From Nitrospirota bacterium (GTDB lineage Bacteria; Nitrospirota; UBA9217), in the NCBI GenBank assembly GCA_963840455.1, contig CAWIYV010000011.1, forward strand, positions 224,001 to 288,000: DNA of 64,000 nt. Reading direction: 5' to 3'. Below are positions 51,799 to 61,385 of the stretch, piece by piece. The position numbers and the translations under genes were made by a program. Under the pieces are notes generated by a model that saw nothing but the letters and a program-made list of their open reading frames with translations, did no database searches and was not told the DNA's origin. The first letter of the stretch is position 1; every line of letters starts with the position of its first letter.

Positions 51799-53067
51799 AT
51801 GTCAGCAGATGAGATCACGTTTCGAGAGTCAGTGCGGTACTGGTTCAAGCTGGGGTTCATCAGCTTCGGCGGCCCGACCGGCCAGATCGCCATGATGCAC
51901 AAGGAGGTTGTGGAGAACAAGAAATGGCTCCCTGAGGACCAATTTCTCCATGCCCTGAACTTCTGCATGCTGCTGCCCGGCCCGGAAGCCCAGCAGCTTG
52001 CGACCTATATTGGCTGGAGGCTCCACGGGGCCCGCGGCGCTCTCGCCGCCGGCATTCTTTTCGTCCTGCCCTCCATCTTCATACTCTGGGGCCTGAGCTG
52101 GGCCTATGTTGCCCTCGGCACCCTTCCCTCGGTCGCGGGACTCCTGTTCGGGCTGAAAGCGGCTGTTGTCGCCATCGTCGCCGAGGCGGTGATCCGTATC
52201 GGAAAGAAGTCTCTCAAGAACGGCCTTCTCATCGGCCTTGCGGCCCTGTCGTTCGCGGCAATCTTCTTCCTGAACACTCCCTTCCCCGTGATCGTTGCTG
52301 TTGCCGGCATCATTGGCTATGCTCTGAACACCCGCCTCACCGGTGCTGGAGCGGCTGCACAACAGACTCCGTACGGGACACCGCGGACCTTATCGAACGG
52401 CTGGCTCAGGGTGGTGAGGATCGCGGCCATCGGCCTTTTGCTCTGGTTCCTGCCGCTCATTCTCGTTGGACTGTGGCGAGGATGGGACGACATCCTGGTG
52501 GACATCGGCATTCTGTTCAGCAAGGCGGCGGTCGTGACCTTCGGCGGCGCCTATGCCGTCCTGGGCTATATCGGCCAGCAGGCTGTGACCGTCCACGGCT
52601 GGCTCCTGCCCGAGCAGATGATGGACGGCCTCGGCCTTGCCGAGACCACGCCCGGCCCGCTCATCATGGTGAACCAGTTCGTTGCCTATGTCTCGGCCTA
52701 CACGCATGCTCCGGGGCTTGCCCCGGCGCTCGCCGGCGCCATTGCGGGCCTGCTTGCCACGTGGGTCACCTTCACACCCTCCATGCTCTGGATCTTCATC
52801 GGCGCGCCGTACATCGAGACGCTCCGGAGGAACGCGAAGCTCGCCTCGGCCCTCGCGGCCATCACGGCCGCAGTCGTGGGTGTGGTGCTGAACCTGGGCG
52901 TCACCTTCACCTACCACGCGCTCTTCCCGGAGACCGGCGGGTTCGAGTGGTTCACTCTCGCGACCGCACTCGTCGCCTTCTTAGGCATGCAGTACCAAAA
53001 GTGGCCCATGGTCCCGGTGATCATCGGGTCGGCAGTGACAGGACTCTTCTGGAAGATGGTCGGATAA
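51799..53067 (+). CDS. chrA: Chromate efflux transporter
   Basis: LGFISFGGP.GQIA; LPGPEAQQL; TFGGAY; ETTPGP. Confidence 0.96.
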   Translation: MSADEITFRESVRYWFKLGFISFGGPTGQIAMMHKEVVENKKWLPEDQFLHALNFCMLLPGPEAQQLATYIGWRLHGARGALAAGILFVLPSIFILWGLSWAYVALGTLPSVAGLLFGLKAAVVAIVAEAVIRIGKKSLKNGLLIGLAALSFAAIFFLNTPFPVIVAVAGIIGYALNTRLTGAGAAAQQTPYGTPRTLSNGWLRVVRIAAIGLLLWFLPLILVGLWRGWDDILVDIGILFSKAAVVTFGGAYAVLGYIGQQAVTVHGWLLPEQMMDGLGLAETTPGPLIMVNQFVAYVSAYTHAPGLAPALAGAIAGLLATWVTFTPSMLWIFIGAPYIETLRRNAKLASALAAITAAVVGVVLNLGVTFTYHALFPETGGFEWFTLATALVAFLGMQYQKWPMVPVIIGSAVTGLFWKMVG

Positions 53068-53091
53068 CAGGGCGAAAAGGAGGAAAGGACG

Positions 53092-53376
53092 ATGCCGTCA
53101 ATCGAAAAACACCTGAAAGCGAGCCTGGACGCGAGAGGAAAGGACTTCAAGGCGGTCCATGAGTGGCTCGACGGCGACCCCGCCAAGAAGGCGGAGCGCC
53201 ACGACATCACGCGGATCTTCGAATTTGGCACGATGTTCGAGCAGCAGTACGGGAAAGAAGCGCGGGAGGAATATATCCGCCACCTCCATGACGATGTGAA
53301 GGCCAAGTTCGACCATCTCCGGCACGACATGGAAAAGCAGATGACCGACACGCTGGCTTATTTCGGCGTAAAATAG
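53092..53376 (+). CDS. His-rich small hypothetical protein
   Basis: AGGAGG RBS; H...S....G.....VHEWLD...RHD...HLHDD. Confidence 0.75.
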   Translation: MPSIEKHLKASLDARGKDFKAVHEWLDGDPAKKAERHDITRIFEFGTMFEQQYGKEAREEYIRHLHDDVKAKFDHLRHDMEKQMTDTLAYFGVK

Positions 53377-53386
53377 GAGGCGCACC

Positions 53387-53938
53387 ATGGGATACACCGT
53401 TCAGCAGGCGGACATCGACATCCTGCGAAAGGCCGGCATGTCGGATGACGATGTCACCCACAGCGTTCACGTTGCGGAAAAGGCGCTCGAGATAGCCCGG
53501 CGTATCGGCGGGAACAGCATCGACCAGGAGCTCGTGGGACGGGGAGCGTTGTTCCACGACCTCGGAAAGACGAAGACGCACGAGATGGAGCACGGCAAGA
53601 TCGGCGCGGAGCTGGGCAAAGAGATCGGGCTGCCTGACGAGATCACGGCCATCATGGAAAAGCATATCCGGGGAGGCCTGACCGAAGGCGAAGCCCGGGA
53701 GCTCGGGCTGCCGGTGAAGGACTACACGCTCCGGAGGCTCGAAGAGCGGATCGTGATTTACGCGGACCGGCTCGTGGACATCATCCACGACGGCATCGTG
53801 AAGATCGCAACTGAACGTGAGGCCGAGGCCCGATTCGAGGACATCCTTCGGAACTATCCCAAGTACGGCAAGAACCAGATCACCCTGGACCGGTACCTTG
53901 GTTACCACCGGGAGATCGAGGACCTGATGAAGCGCTGA
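53387..53938 (+). CDS. HD-domain phosphohydrolase (TIGR00295-like)
   Basis: HS..VA, LFHDLGK, HG..GA, KHI.GG, E.IV.YAD. Confidence 0.9.
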   Translation: MGYTVQQADIDILRKAGMSDDDVTHSVHVAEKALEIARRIGGNSIDQELVGRGALFHDLGKTKTHEMEHGKIGAELGKEIGLPDEITAIMEKHIRGGLTEGEARELGLPVKDYTLRRLEERIVIYADRLVDIIHDGIVKIATEREAEARFEDILRNYPKYGKNQITLDRYLGYHREIEDLMKR

Positions 53939-53957
53939 TCGCTTGTCGGCATCGCAC

Positions 53958-53988
53958 AGCAAGGGCGGCCGGATCGGCCGCCCTTGCT
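53958..53988 (+). terminator. GC-rich hairpin after the chr operon
   Basis: AGCAAGGGCGGCC-GGATC-GGCCGCCCTTGCT. Confidence 0.65.
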
Positions 53989-54129
53989 GTGCTCATTCGA
54001 TGCTTTTTTGTTATCACCCTCGCCAGATCTCAAGACCCTGATCCCGTCAGTTTCATCCCCCATTTTCCGTGCTCACAGGGGCCAACGCAACATCATGTCT
54101 GTCCTGTGCCAGGCTTAGGCTTTACCTGT

Positions 54130-54328
54130 CTACCCAATGTTACTGTCCCATGGTATTCGTTCGGGTATGATAACTTCAACGGTCAGATGCTGCGCAAGCT
54201 TTGCTTCGCCGGGAGTGAACAGCCGCTTGAGCAGGCGGATATCAGCGCCTGACCAGGTCGACGGGAACCCGATCGCCTGTTTGTCCAGATGCCGCTGGAG
54301 AAGTCGGTAGAGGGCGTCTTCAAGTCAT
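54130..54328 (-). pseudogene. 5' fragment resembling the N-terminus of a 4Fe-4S ferredoxin-domain protein
   Basis: Manual translation LYRLLQRHLDKQAIGFPSTWSGADIRLLKRLFTPGEAKLA; start out of frame and truncated. Confidence 0.55.
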
Positions 54329-54367
54329 GCGGGCGTTCATGCTGCAAAAAGAAAAGAATCACAATGC

Positions 54368-54426
54368 ATTGAACGACGAGTTGAGCCCCGCGCTGTAGAG
54401 CGCGGGACTCGAACGACTTGTTATTT
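54368..54426 (-). mobile_element. Integron attC site (59 bp)
   Basis: AAATAAC-aagtc-GTTCGAGT-cccgcgctctacagcgcggg-GCTCAAC-tcgtc-GTTCAAT: R'', L'' with one extra base, L' and R'. Confidence 0.85.
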
Positions 54427-55140
54427 TCGCCCGAGAAGTTCTTTGATTTGTGCTTTCACTTTCGATACGAACGTGGGGTACTTCTTATTGCCATAGGAAA
54501 GTTGCTCTGCGATGTCTTTTTCCGCCTGCTGGTCCAAGCGCCTAATCAATTCTTTCTTCTCTTTTTCGTTTAATGTTGATTTGACAGATAACGACTCAAT
54601 ATTGATTACTATTGGAACAAAGAAAATATCCTCAGGCAAGGATACTTCCCAACCGTCGCACATTTGGCAAAGTGTAGCAACATATCTTCCTTTAATCTGC
54701 TTGAGAATGCCGTTCTCCTGAATAAATTCAACCGAGTCGATATTCTGATCAAGAAGCTTCGTGCCCTTATCGTCTTGAAACTTGAAAAGCTTGAGCAGGT
54801 TTTCTGAATGATCACCGTCACCACCATAGCGACATTGAAATGTTATGATATTATGGCCGTCTTTATCATATGCAAAATCTATCCTCGGATGACCGTAGAA
54901 CTTCTTAGGATAATCTTTGTGGCTTACGTCAAACATTGCTGTAACGCTCATATCTTTATTCCGCTTGATCTGCAAATACAACTTCGCATTCGGATCGCGA
55001 TATGTTTCCGAAGCTATGTTCTGAATTGAAACTATCAGATCTGGCGAGCTGACTTCAAGCAGGGTCTGCCACGCATTTTCAGTAGAAAACACAGTGGCAG
55101 GTATAAGAAGTAAAAAGATAGAGAGGATGAATTTATTCAT
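54421..55140 (-). CDS. Low-GC exported hypothetical protein (gene cassette ORF)
   Basis: Signal peptide and CxxC; AT-rich; its TAA stop is embedded in the attC R'' box. Confidence 0.8.
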   Translation of the reverse strand: MNKFILSIFLLLIPATVFSTENAWQTLLEVSSPDLIVSIQNIASETYRDPNAKLYLQIKRNKDMSVTAMFDVSHKDYPKKFYGHPRIDFAYDKDGHNIITFQCRYGGDGDHSENLLKLFKFQDDKGTKLLDQNIDSVEFIQENGILKQIKGRYVATLCQMCDGWEVSLPEDIFFVPIVINIESLSVKSTLNEKEKKELIRRLDQQAEKDIAEQLSYGNKKYPTFVSKVKAQIKELLGRK

Positions 55141-55220
55141 TATGTTTTATCCTCGAATAACCAATGATTGTCTAGCCGTCTCTGGCTAGTAAAACACGAA
55201 ATTCCGTTCTTTACCAGCCT

Positions 55221-55236
55221 AGCAAAAGGGATGCCA
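55221..55236 (-). promoter_or_regulatory. Sigma54 -24/-12 promoter
   Basis: TGGCAT-CCCTT-TTGCT on the minus strand. Confidence 0.65.
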
Positions 55237-55370
55237 AATTATGTGCGGCAGCTCTGGAACAAGTAGACATCCACATCTTCAGTTTGAAATGTGTACGCTT
55301 TGCCCGGTTATCAATATGCACATCAACAGGAAGGATCCAGCACTGCTATTTTCAACCTGATCTTACACAA

Positions 55371-55781
55371 TTAATTAGGATATTCAATTGTGACAATTCC
55401 ACTGGCATCCCCATTATAAAAATTTATGACAGAGATCTGCCATAGAGATCCCTTGTTGATATCCGCTGATGTGACGTTATAATTTATCGTATTAGGGGAA
55501 ATGCCATCATTCCTTGCGTAATATCCAACCTGCCCTGGCCCATTCAAAATAAGAGCCAATGTATTTGTTGTCCCTGTCCAAACTGCTGAGGCTGTAATAG
55601 TGCCAGCTGAATTTACTGTAAAGCCGCCGATATAAATAGAATTGCCACTGGTTGAGCTACCAAGTGATATTGTGCTAGATACAGTGTTAATAGACACATG
55701 AGAATTATTGTCTGTACCGCATGCCGTAAACGAAGCCACTATTAAGACACATCCCGCAACAATTAGCTGATATTTCGTCAT
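55371..55781 (-). CDS. Low-GC lipoprotein with a beta-sandwich (PPC-like) domain
   Basis: Lipobox FTAC; GGGAG RBS; L.LILNGP and W.ISV.N strands. Confidence 0.7.
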   Translation of the reverse strand: MTKYQLIVAGCVLIVASFTACGTDNNSHVSINTVSSTISLGSSTSGNSIYIGGFTVNSAGTITASAVWTGTTNTLALILNGPGQVGYYARNDGISPNTINYNVTSADINKGSLWQISVINFYNGDASGIVTIEYPN

Positions 55782-56121
55782 AAGCTTTTCGCTCCCACCA
55801 TTATTATTTTATGCGTTCAATATTGATTATTGAGACACAGCATGTGCGAATAAGTATAATAATATGCTTGTAAAGTACAGACGAAAAATGGGGTATTTTA
55901 TGGGTAGATGATTATCGAATACAGTTTGCAACTTTAAGTATTGCAAGGAATGTTAACTTCAACATCTTCAGGAAGATGATCGCGCTCAACCTGAACAGAC
56001 CTGAACCGGGAGAGTTGGACGACCAGGGAAAGTATAGCGAACGACACGAATTAGATAAAGAAGAAAAGAAGGGTATTTTCGGGGGATGTACTTCTGCAAC
56101 AGATTGCTACGGTGAGGGCGT

Positions 56122-57492
56122 TTATCCTACTACATTATATTCCCTCACCCGGAGTTTGGCACCGAGCTCGTCGGTGATCCTGCGGCAGGCCTCTACGTCC
56201 ACGCCCGGGACCGTGACGACCGTAGCAGCCACGTCGGGGATGTACTTTGTTGCTTCGCGGATGAATTCCTTCACCGCGTCATACGCGGCAGGGCCGAACT
56301 TGGGCTGGGAGATCTTCTCGTAGAGCTCGGCGTTCTGCGCGTTCAGACTGACGCTCACCGCATCCACGAGGCCGGCAAGCTCAGGCAGGATGTTCCGCTT
56401 GTGAATGAGGTTCCCGTGGCCGTTGGTATCGATGCGCACCTTGCCACCCTGCTTTTTCACTTGCGTCGCCACGGCCTTGACCACGTCAAGCCGGAGCAAT
56501 GGCTCGCCGTAGCCGCAGAACACGATCTCGTCGTACTTCTTCGGATCGCCGATCTCCCTGATCAGCTCCTCCGCCGTGGGCTCGTCCTTCAGCCGCAGGT
56601 TGTGGCCCTTCACGAAGTCGGTGAAATAGCGCACGCAGAACGTGCAGGCCGAGGTGCAGCGGTTGGTCACGTTGAGGTAGAGCGAGTTCCTGATGGGATA
56701 GGTGATCTTTCCCTGCTTCGGCATCTCACCGATGCCGAAGAGCTGCATGGCGTTGAAGCTCGTGATCCTGGCCACATCATCGAAGGTCAGCCCCTTTACC
56801 TTCGCGATCTCCTCGGCCGTATAGCGCACGTAGGCAGGTTCGTTCCGCTTGCCGCGGAATTGCTGGGGCGCCAGGTAGGGCGCATCGGTCTCGATCAGGA
56901 GCTGCTCGATGGGGACCTGCTTCACCACATCGCGGAGCGCCTGCGCCTTCGGGAAGGTCACGGGACCGGCGATGGAGATGTGGAACCCCAGGTCCATCAC
57001 CTGCTTCGCATATTCGATATCGCCGGAGAAGCAGTGCATCACGCCGCCGAGAGCCGGGTCCCAGTCTTCCTTGAGGATCCTGATCGTGTCCTCATGGGCG
57101 TCGCGGTCATGGACGATGATGGGGAGCTTCAGCTCCTTCGCTTCATGCAGCATGTCGCGGAACTTCCGCTGCTGCACGACCCGCTGGGTGTGCTCGTAGT
57201 AGTAGTCGAGCCCGATCTCCCCGTAGGCCACGACCTTCTTGTGCTGGGCGAAGTGGCGCAGGATCTCGTAGGCGGGATGGAGGATGTCCTTAGCCTCGTG
57301 GGGGTGGATGCCGATGGCAGCGTAGATGAAGTCGTACTTGTCCGCGAGCATGACCGCGTCGCGGCATGACTCCACCGTGGTGCCGATGGTGACAATGTAT
57401 TCGACGCCCGCGTCTTTTGCCCGTTTGATGACGTCGTCGCGGTCGTCATTGAACTCGCGCATCTCAAGATGCGCGTGCGTGTCGATCAGCAT
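56122..57492 (-). CDS. TatD nuclease fused to a TatD-associated radical SAM domain
   Basis: DTHAH, GIHPH, GEIGLDY, HCFSG and ETDAP, then YLNVTNRCTSACTFC and FCGYGEP. Confidence 0.95.
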   Translation of the reverse strand: MLIDTHAHLEMREFNDDRDDVIKRAKDAGVEYIVTIGTTVESCRDAVMLADKYDFIYAAIGIHPHEAKDILHPAYEILRHFAQHKKVVAYGEIGLDYYYEHTQRVVQQRKFRDMLHEAKELKLPIIVHDRDAHEDTIRILKEDWDPALGGVMHCFSGDIEYAKQVMDLGFHISIAGPVTFPKAQALRDVVKQVPIEQLLIETDAPYLAPQQFRGKRNEPAYVRYTAEEIAKVKGLTFDDVARITSFNAMQLFGIGEMPKQGKITYPIRNSLYLNVTNRCTSACTFCVRYFTDFVKGHNLRLKDEPTAEELIREIGDPKKYDEIVFCGYGEPLLRLDVVKAVATQVKKQGGKVRIDTNGHGNLIHKRNILPELAGLVDAVSVSLNAQNAELYEKISQPKFGPAAYDAVKEFIREATKYIPDVAATVVTVPGVDVEACRRITDELGAKLRVREYNVVG

Positions 57493-57539
57493 GCTGTTAA
57501 TCTACCTCACCAAGTATCAGAATACGTACAAAATCCTTT

Positions 57540-57776
57540 TTCAGCCACGAATGTACACGAATTTTCGCGAATGTTAATAATTAAAGAAAGAACGTACAGG
57601 TTGGCTGCAAAAGTTAAACACGCAAATAAGAAATTGGGGCCATTTCGAGACGCTTGCGCTTTTTTGCGGCAAAAAAATAGTTGCGGTTAACTGAGCGAAG
57701 CGTCATATTCCTATGAGTCAGCCCGACTTTTGAGAGGTCTTAATCCGTGGTAATTCGTGTACATTCGTGGCTAAAC
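57540..57776. repeat. Inverted (CACGAAT) arrays enclosing an AT-rich remnant
   Basis: agccacgaatgtacacgaatt ... aattcgtgtacattcgtggct, a perfect ~21-bp inverted repeat. Confidence 0.85.
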
Positions 57777-57783
57777 AGTCCTG

Positions 57784-59784
57784 CTACTTTACTTTCGCGC
57801 CGGGCTTGATCTCCCGGTCCGGCGTGACCACCGAGAGCATGTCGCCGGCGCTCGCGGCAAGCAGCATGCCCTGGGACTCGACGCCCATGAGCTTCGCCGG
57901 CTTGAGATTTGCCACGATCACGATGCTCTTGTCCAGGAGCTGTTCAGGCGCATAGCTCTTGCCGATGCCCGCCACGACCTGCCGCGTCTCCGTGCCGATG
58001 TCCACCCGGAGCTTCACGAGCTTCTCGGACTTCTCCACGCGCTCGGCGGCGATGATCTTCCCGACCCGGAGCTGGACCTTTGCGAAATCCTCGATGCCGA
58101 TAAGCTCAGGCTCGGCTGTTTTTTGATCGGTCTGCGGTGTTGACGTTCCTGTTTCCATCCGTTTTTCCCCTTTGCTGCCTTTATCCGCGTGCATCAGCTT
58201 TGATCCGCGTCCAATGTCTTTCTTCGTCTCTATCCTCGGGAAGAGCTGCTCGCCGGGCTGGATCGCCGATCCGGGCTTCAGACCGCCCCACTCCTGTTCG
58301 TCGCTCATGCGGCAGGAGGATATCGCTTTCCCCACGCCGACGCTGTTCCAGATCTTCTGGCTCGTCCCCGGGATGACCGGGTAGAGCATGAGGCCGATGA
58401 GCCTGAGCGACTCAGCGAGGTTGTACAGCACGCTCGCGAGCCGCTCCATATCGTTCTTCTTGGCAAGCGACCAGGGCGCGTTCTCCTCCACATAGCGGTT
58501 GGCCCGAGTCACGAGCTGCCAGCCGGTTTGGAGATAGCGGTTGAAGGCAAGCGTCGCCAGGTCCGTTTCGATCTGGGCGGGAAGTCCCGCCGCGGTCTCG
58601 CGCAGCTCCCGGTCATGCGGCTGTTCCGGACCCGCTGCCGGCACCTTCCCGTCGAAGTACTTCCCCACCATGGTCATGACGCGGGAAAGGAGGTTCCCCA
58701 GGTCGTTCGCCAGCTCGGTGTTGAAGCGGGTGATAAAGGTCTCGGTCGAGAAGTCGCCGTCCAGGCCGAAGGGCACCTCGCGCAGGACGAAGTACCGGAA
58801 GGCGTCGGCGCCGTAGGTGTCCACCATCTCGTTCGGGTCCACGACATTGCCGATGGATTTGGACATCTTCCTGCCGTCCCGCGTCCACCAGCCGTGGGCG
58901 AAGATGTTGCCCGGCAGCGGCAGCCCGGCGCCCATGAGCATGGTGGACCAGTACACGCTGTGGGTGGTCAGGATGTCCTTGCCCACGAGGTGATGGTCAG
59001 CCGGCCACCAGAACCGCTCGCGCGCAACAGGGTCGGACGAGCCATCGGCCTTCGGGCTCAGGTACCGCGTGGCCGAGTAATAGTTCGTCAGGGCGTCGAA
59101 CCAGACATAGGTGACATAGTCCCGGTCGAAGGGAAGTTCTATGCCCCAGGCCAGCCGCGCCTTGGGGCGGGAGATGCAGAGGTCGCCGAGCGCCTGGTGC
59201 TTCAGGAACCCGAGCACCTCGTTCCTCCTGCTCTCGGGCCGGATGTAGCCGGGGTGCTTTTCGATGTGTTCGATCAGCCTCGCCTGGTATTTGCTCATCA
59301 GGAAGAAGTAATTGTCTTCCTTGATCTGCTCGACCGGCCTCCCGCAGTCCGGGCACTTTCCCTCGTGGATGTCCTTCTCCGTCCAGAACCGCTCGTCGGG
59401 CGTGCAGTACCATCCCTCGTAGGTCCGGCGTTCGATCTCGCCCTTGTCAAAGAGCTTCTGCAGCAGCTCCTGCACGACGGCAATATGCTCCTTGTCCGTG
59501 GTGCGGATGAAGGCGTCGTTCGTGATCTCGAGCTTCTCCCAGAGCCGCTTGAAGTTCAGGGATAGAAGATCTGCGTGCTCCTTCGGCGTTCGGCCCTTTT
59601 CCACGGCCGCCTTCTCCACCTTCTGGCCGTGCTCGTCGGTCCCGGTCAGGAAAAAGACTGAATCGCCCTTCTGGCGGTGGTAGCGCGCCATCACGTCGGC
59701 GGCAATGGTCGTGTAGGCGTGGCCGATATGCGGCACGTCGTTCACGTAGTAGATGGGAGTGGTGATATAGAATTTCCCGGACAT
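57784..59784 (-). CDS. metG: Methionine--tRNA ligase with C-terminal tRNA-binding domain
   Basis: YVN..PHIGH, TGTDEHG, YVWFDAL, KMSKS; C-terminal NLKP.KLMG.ESQGM. Confidence 0.98.
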   Translation of the reverse strand: MSGKFYITTPIYYVNDVPHIGHAYTTIAADVMARYHRQKGDSVFFLTGTDEHGQKVEKAAVEKGRTPKEHADLLSLNFKRLWEKLEITNDAFIRTTDKEHIAVVQELLQKLFDKGEIERRTYEGWYCTPDERFWTEKDIHEGKCPDCGRPVEQIKEDNYFFLMSKYQARLIEHIEKHPGYIRPESRRNEVLGFLKHQALGDLCISRPKARLAWGIELPFDRDYVTYVWFDALTNYYSATRYLSPKADGSSDPVARERFWWPADHHLVGKDILTTHSVYWSTMLMGAGLPLPGNIFAHGWWTRDGRKMSKSIGNVVDPNEMVDTYGADAFRYFVLREVPFGLDGDFSTETFITRFNTELANDLGNLLSRVMTMVGKYFDGKVPAAGPEQPHDRELRETAAGLPAQIETDLATLAFNRYLQTGWQLVTRANRYVEENAPWSLAKKNDMERLASVLYNLAESLRLIGLMLYPVIPGTSQKIWNSVGVGKAISSCRMSDEQEWGGLKPGSAIQPGEQLFPRIETKKDIGRGSKLMHADKGSKGEKRMETGTSTPQTDQKTAEPELIGIEDFAKVQLRVGKIIAAERVEKSEKLVKLRVDIGTETRQVVAGIGKSYAPEQLLDKSIVIVANLKPAKLMGVESQGMLLAASAGDMLSVVTPDREIKPGAKVK

Positions 59785-59848
59785 GGATGCTCGCAATGAT
59801 TGAGGCCGCTCCGTCGAGCGGCGTTGTTCCTGTACCCTGTACCCTGTC

Positions 59849-61216
59849 TTACACCCCGCCGCCGGCAGGCCCGCCCGTCTGCGGTCCTTCTCCCCCGCCC
59901 TGCTTCTTTTTCTTCTTGTCCCTCCAGAACCGCCGCCTGCGCTTCCCGCCGCCCGTCTTCTCGCCCTGCTGCGGGGCCTGGCCTTCCTGGCCCTGCGGTT
60001 CCTGGCCCTCGACGGCCGGTCCGGCTGCCTGCGGTTTTGGCTGCTGTTGTTGCTGCGGCTTCTGTTGCTGCTTCTGTTGCGGTTTCTGCTTTTGCTGCTG
60101 TTTCTGTTGCTGTTTCTGCTTCTCCCGCTGCTGCTCCTGCGGAGGCCGCTGCTTCTGGTCTTGGCCTCCCTCTTTCTTCTTCTCCGGCTTCCGGCCGTCG
60201 CGCTGCTGCTGGGACTGCTGCTCGCGCTTCTGCTCCTGCCTCCTGCGCTCGTCCTCGCGGCGCGAACGCTCCTCGGCCTGTCGGCGTTCCTCCGCCTCCT
60301 GCCGCTGCTCCGCAAGCCGGGTCTCCTCGGCCTCCCGCTTCTCCCGGACTGAGGCCTCCTTCATCGCCGCAATGTCCTTCTTGATCTCATCGTACACGGG
60401 GAACTCGTAGGAGAGGCAGCAAAGCAGCCGGCCGCAGACCCCCGAGATCTTCGCCGGGTTCAGCACCATGTCCTGCTTTTTCGCCATCCTGATGGAGACG
60501 GGCTCGAACCCGCGCAGGTACGAGGAGCAGCAGAGCTCCCGGCCGCAGGGGCCGAAGCCGCCGATGATCCTCGCCACGTCCCGCACGCCCACCTGGCGCA
60601 TCTCGATCCTGCTGCGGAGCTTGTGCGCGAGGTCCTTCACCAGTTCGCGGAAATCAATGCGGTTCTCGGAGAAGAAATAGAAGGTCACGCGGGTGGCGTC
60701 GAAAGATGATTCGGCGCGGATCAGCTTCATCGGGAGCTCGCGCTCCGCGATCATGTCCTGGCAGACCTTGAAGGCCTCGGCCTCCCGGGCGCGGTTCTTG
60801 TCCTCCTTCCGGAGGTCCTCTTCCGTCGCCTTCCGGACCACCTTGCGGTGGCCCTTGGGCTGCTGCCTCGGCCGTTCCGCCGGGGCTGGAAGCTCCGTCA
60901 CGCCGGCCGGGGCAGCAGCGGCCGCGGCTGCTGCTGCGGCAACATCGCCGGGCGTCTGGATATCGATCTCGATCTCCTCTTCCTCGGCTTCGGCGGGCTT
61001 TCCCTGTTTCCCGTCCCGGTCCTGCGGCGGTTGCTCCTGGGTTGCCTGCGGCACGGAAGGGAGCTCATCGGCGTCACGGAGACGAACAATGCGGGCAAAG
61101 CCCAGACCCCGATCAGATTCGACGATCACCGGGTCACCGACAAAAAGCTCGATGCCCGTCGCGTCGAAATCATAGATCCTTGAATTGTCACGGAAGCGCA
61201 CACCTGCGATCTTCAT
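59849..61216 (-). CDS. PSP1/RicT (YaaT) family protein with low-complexity extensions
   Basis: R.DFRELVKDLA, RIEMRQVGVRD, G.CGRELCC, KISG.CGRL.CCL.YE. Confidence 0.93.
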   Translation of the reverse strand: MKIAGVRFRDNSRIYDFDATGIELFVGDPVIVESDRGLGFARIVRLRDADELPSVPQATQEQPPQDRDGKQGKPAEAEEEEIEIDIQTPGDVAAAAAAAAAAPAGVTELPAPAERPRQQPKGHRKVVRKATEEDLRKEDKNRAREAEAFKVCQDMIAERELPMKLIRAESSFDATRVTFYFFSENRIDFRELVKDLAHKLRSRIEMRQVGVRDVARIIGGFGPCGRELCCSSYLRGFEPVSIRMAKKQDMVLNPAKISGVCGRLLCCLSYEFPVYDEIKKDIAAMKEASVREKREAEETRLAEQRQEAEERRQAEERSRREDERRRQEQKREQQSQQQRDGRKPEKKKEGGQDQKQRPPQEQQREKQKQQQKQQQKQKPQQKQQQKPQQQQQPKPQAAGPAVEGQEPQGQEGQAPQQGEKTGGGKRRRRFWRDKKKKKQGGGEGPQTGGPAGGGV

Positions 61217-61385
61217 TCGTATATGTGGAGAACGTCCTTCCGGGGATGGACAGGACGCATATGCTCCTCTCGAGATCCCGCGCCGGGCATGCCTTCCCGG
61301 TCAGCGGCAAGCACAATAATACCCTTTTCCCGCGCGAGGCACAATCTTTTTTCGGTGATAAGCAGGCGATGCCGCCCGGCGCGCA

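Noticed and set aside
54168-54252. Second attC-like site
   Set aside because: The R/L boxes do not pair; the sequence is explained by a coding fragment on the minus strand.
56122-57492. TatD-radical SAM fusion as a novel system
   Set aside because: TatD-associated radical SAM proteins next to metG are an already described family.
57784-60315. 843-aa MetG with N-terminal extension
   Set aside because: The extension is an alternate frame of the low-complexity PSP1 tail; MetG starts at 59784.
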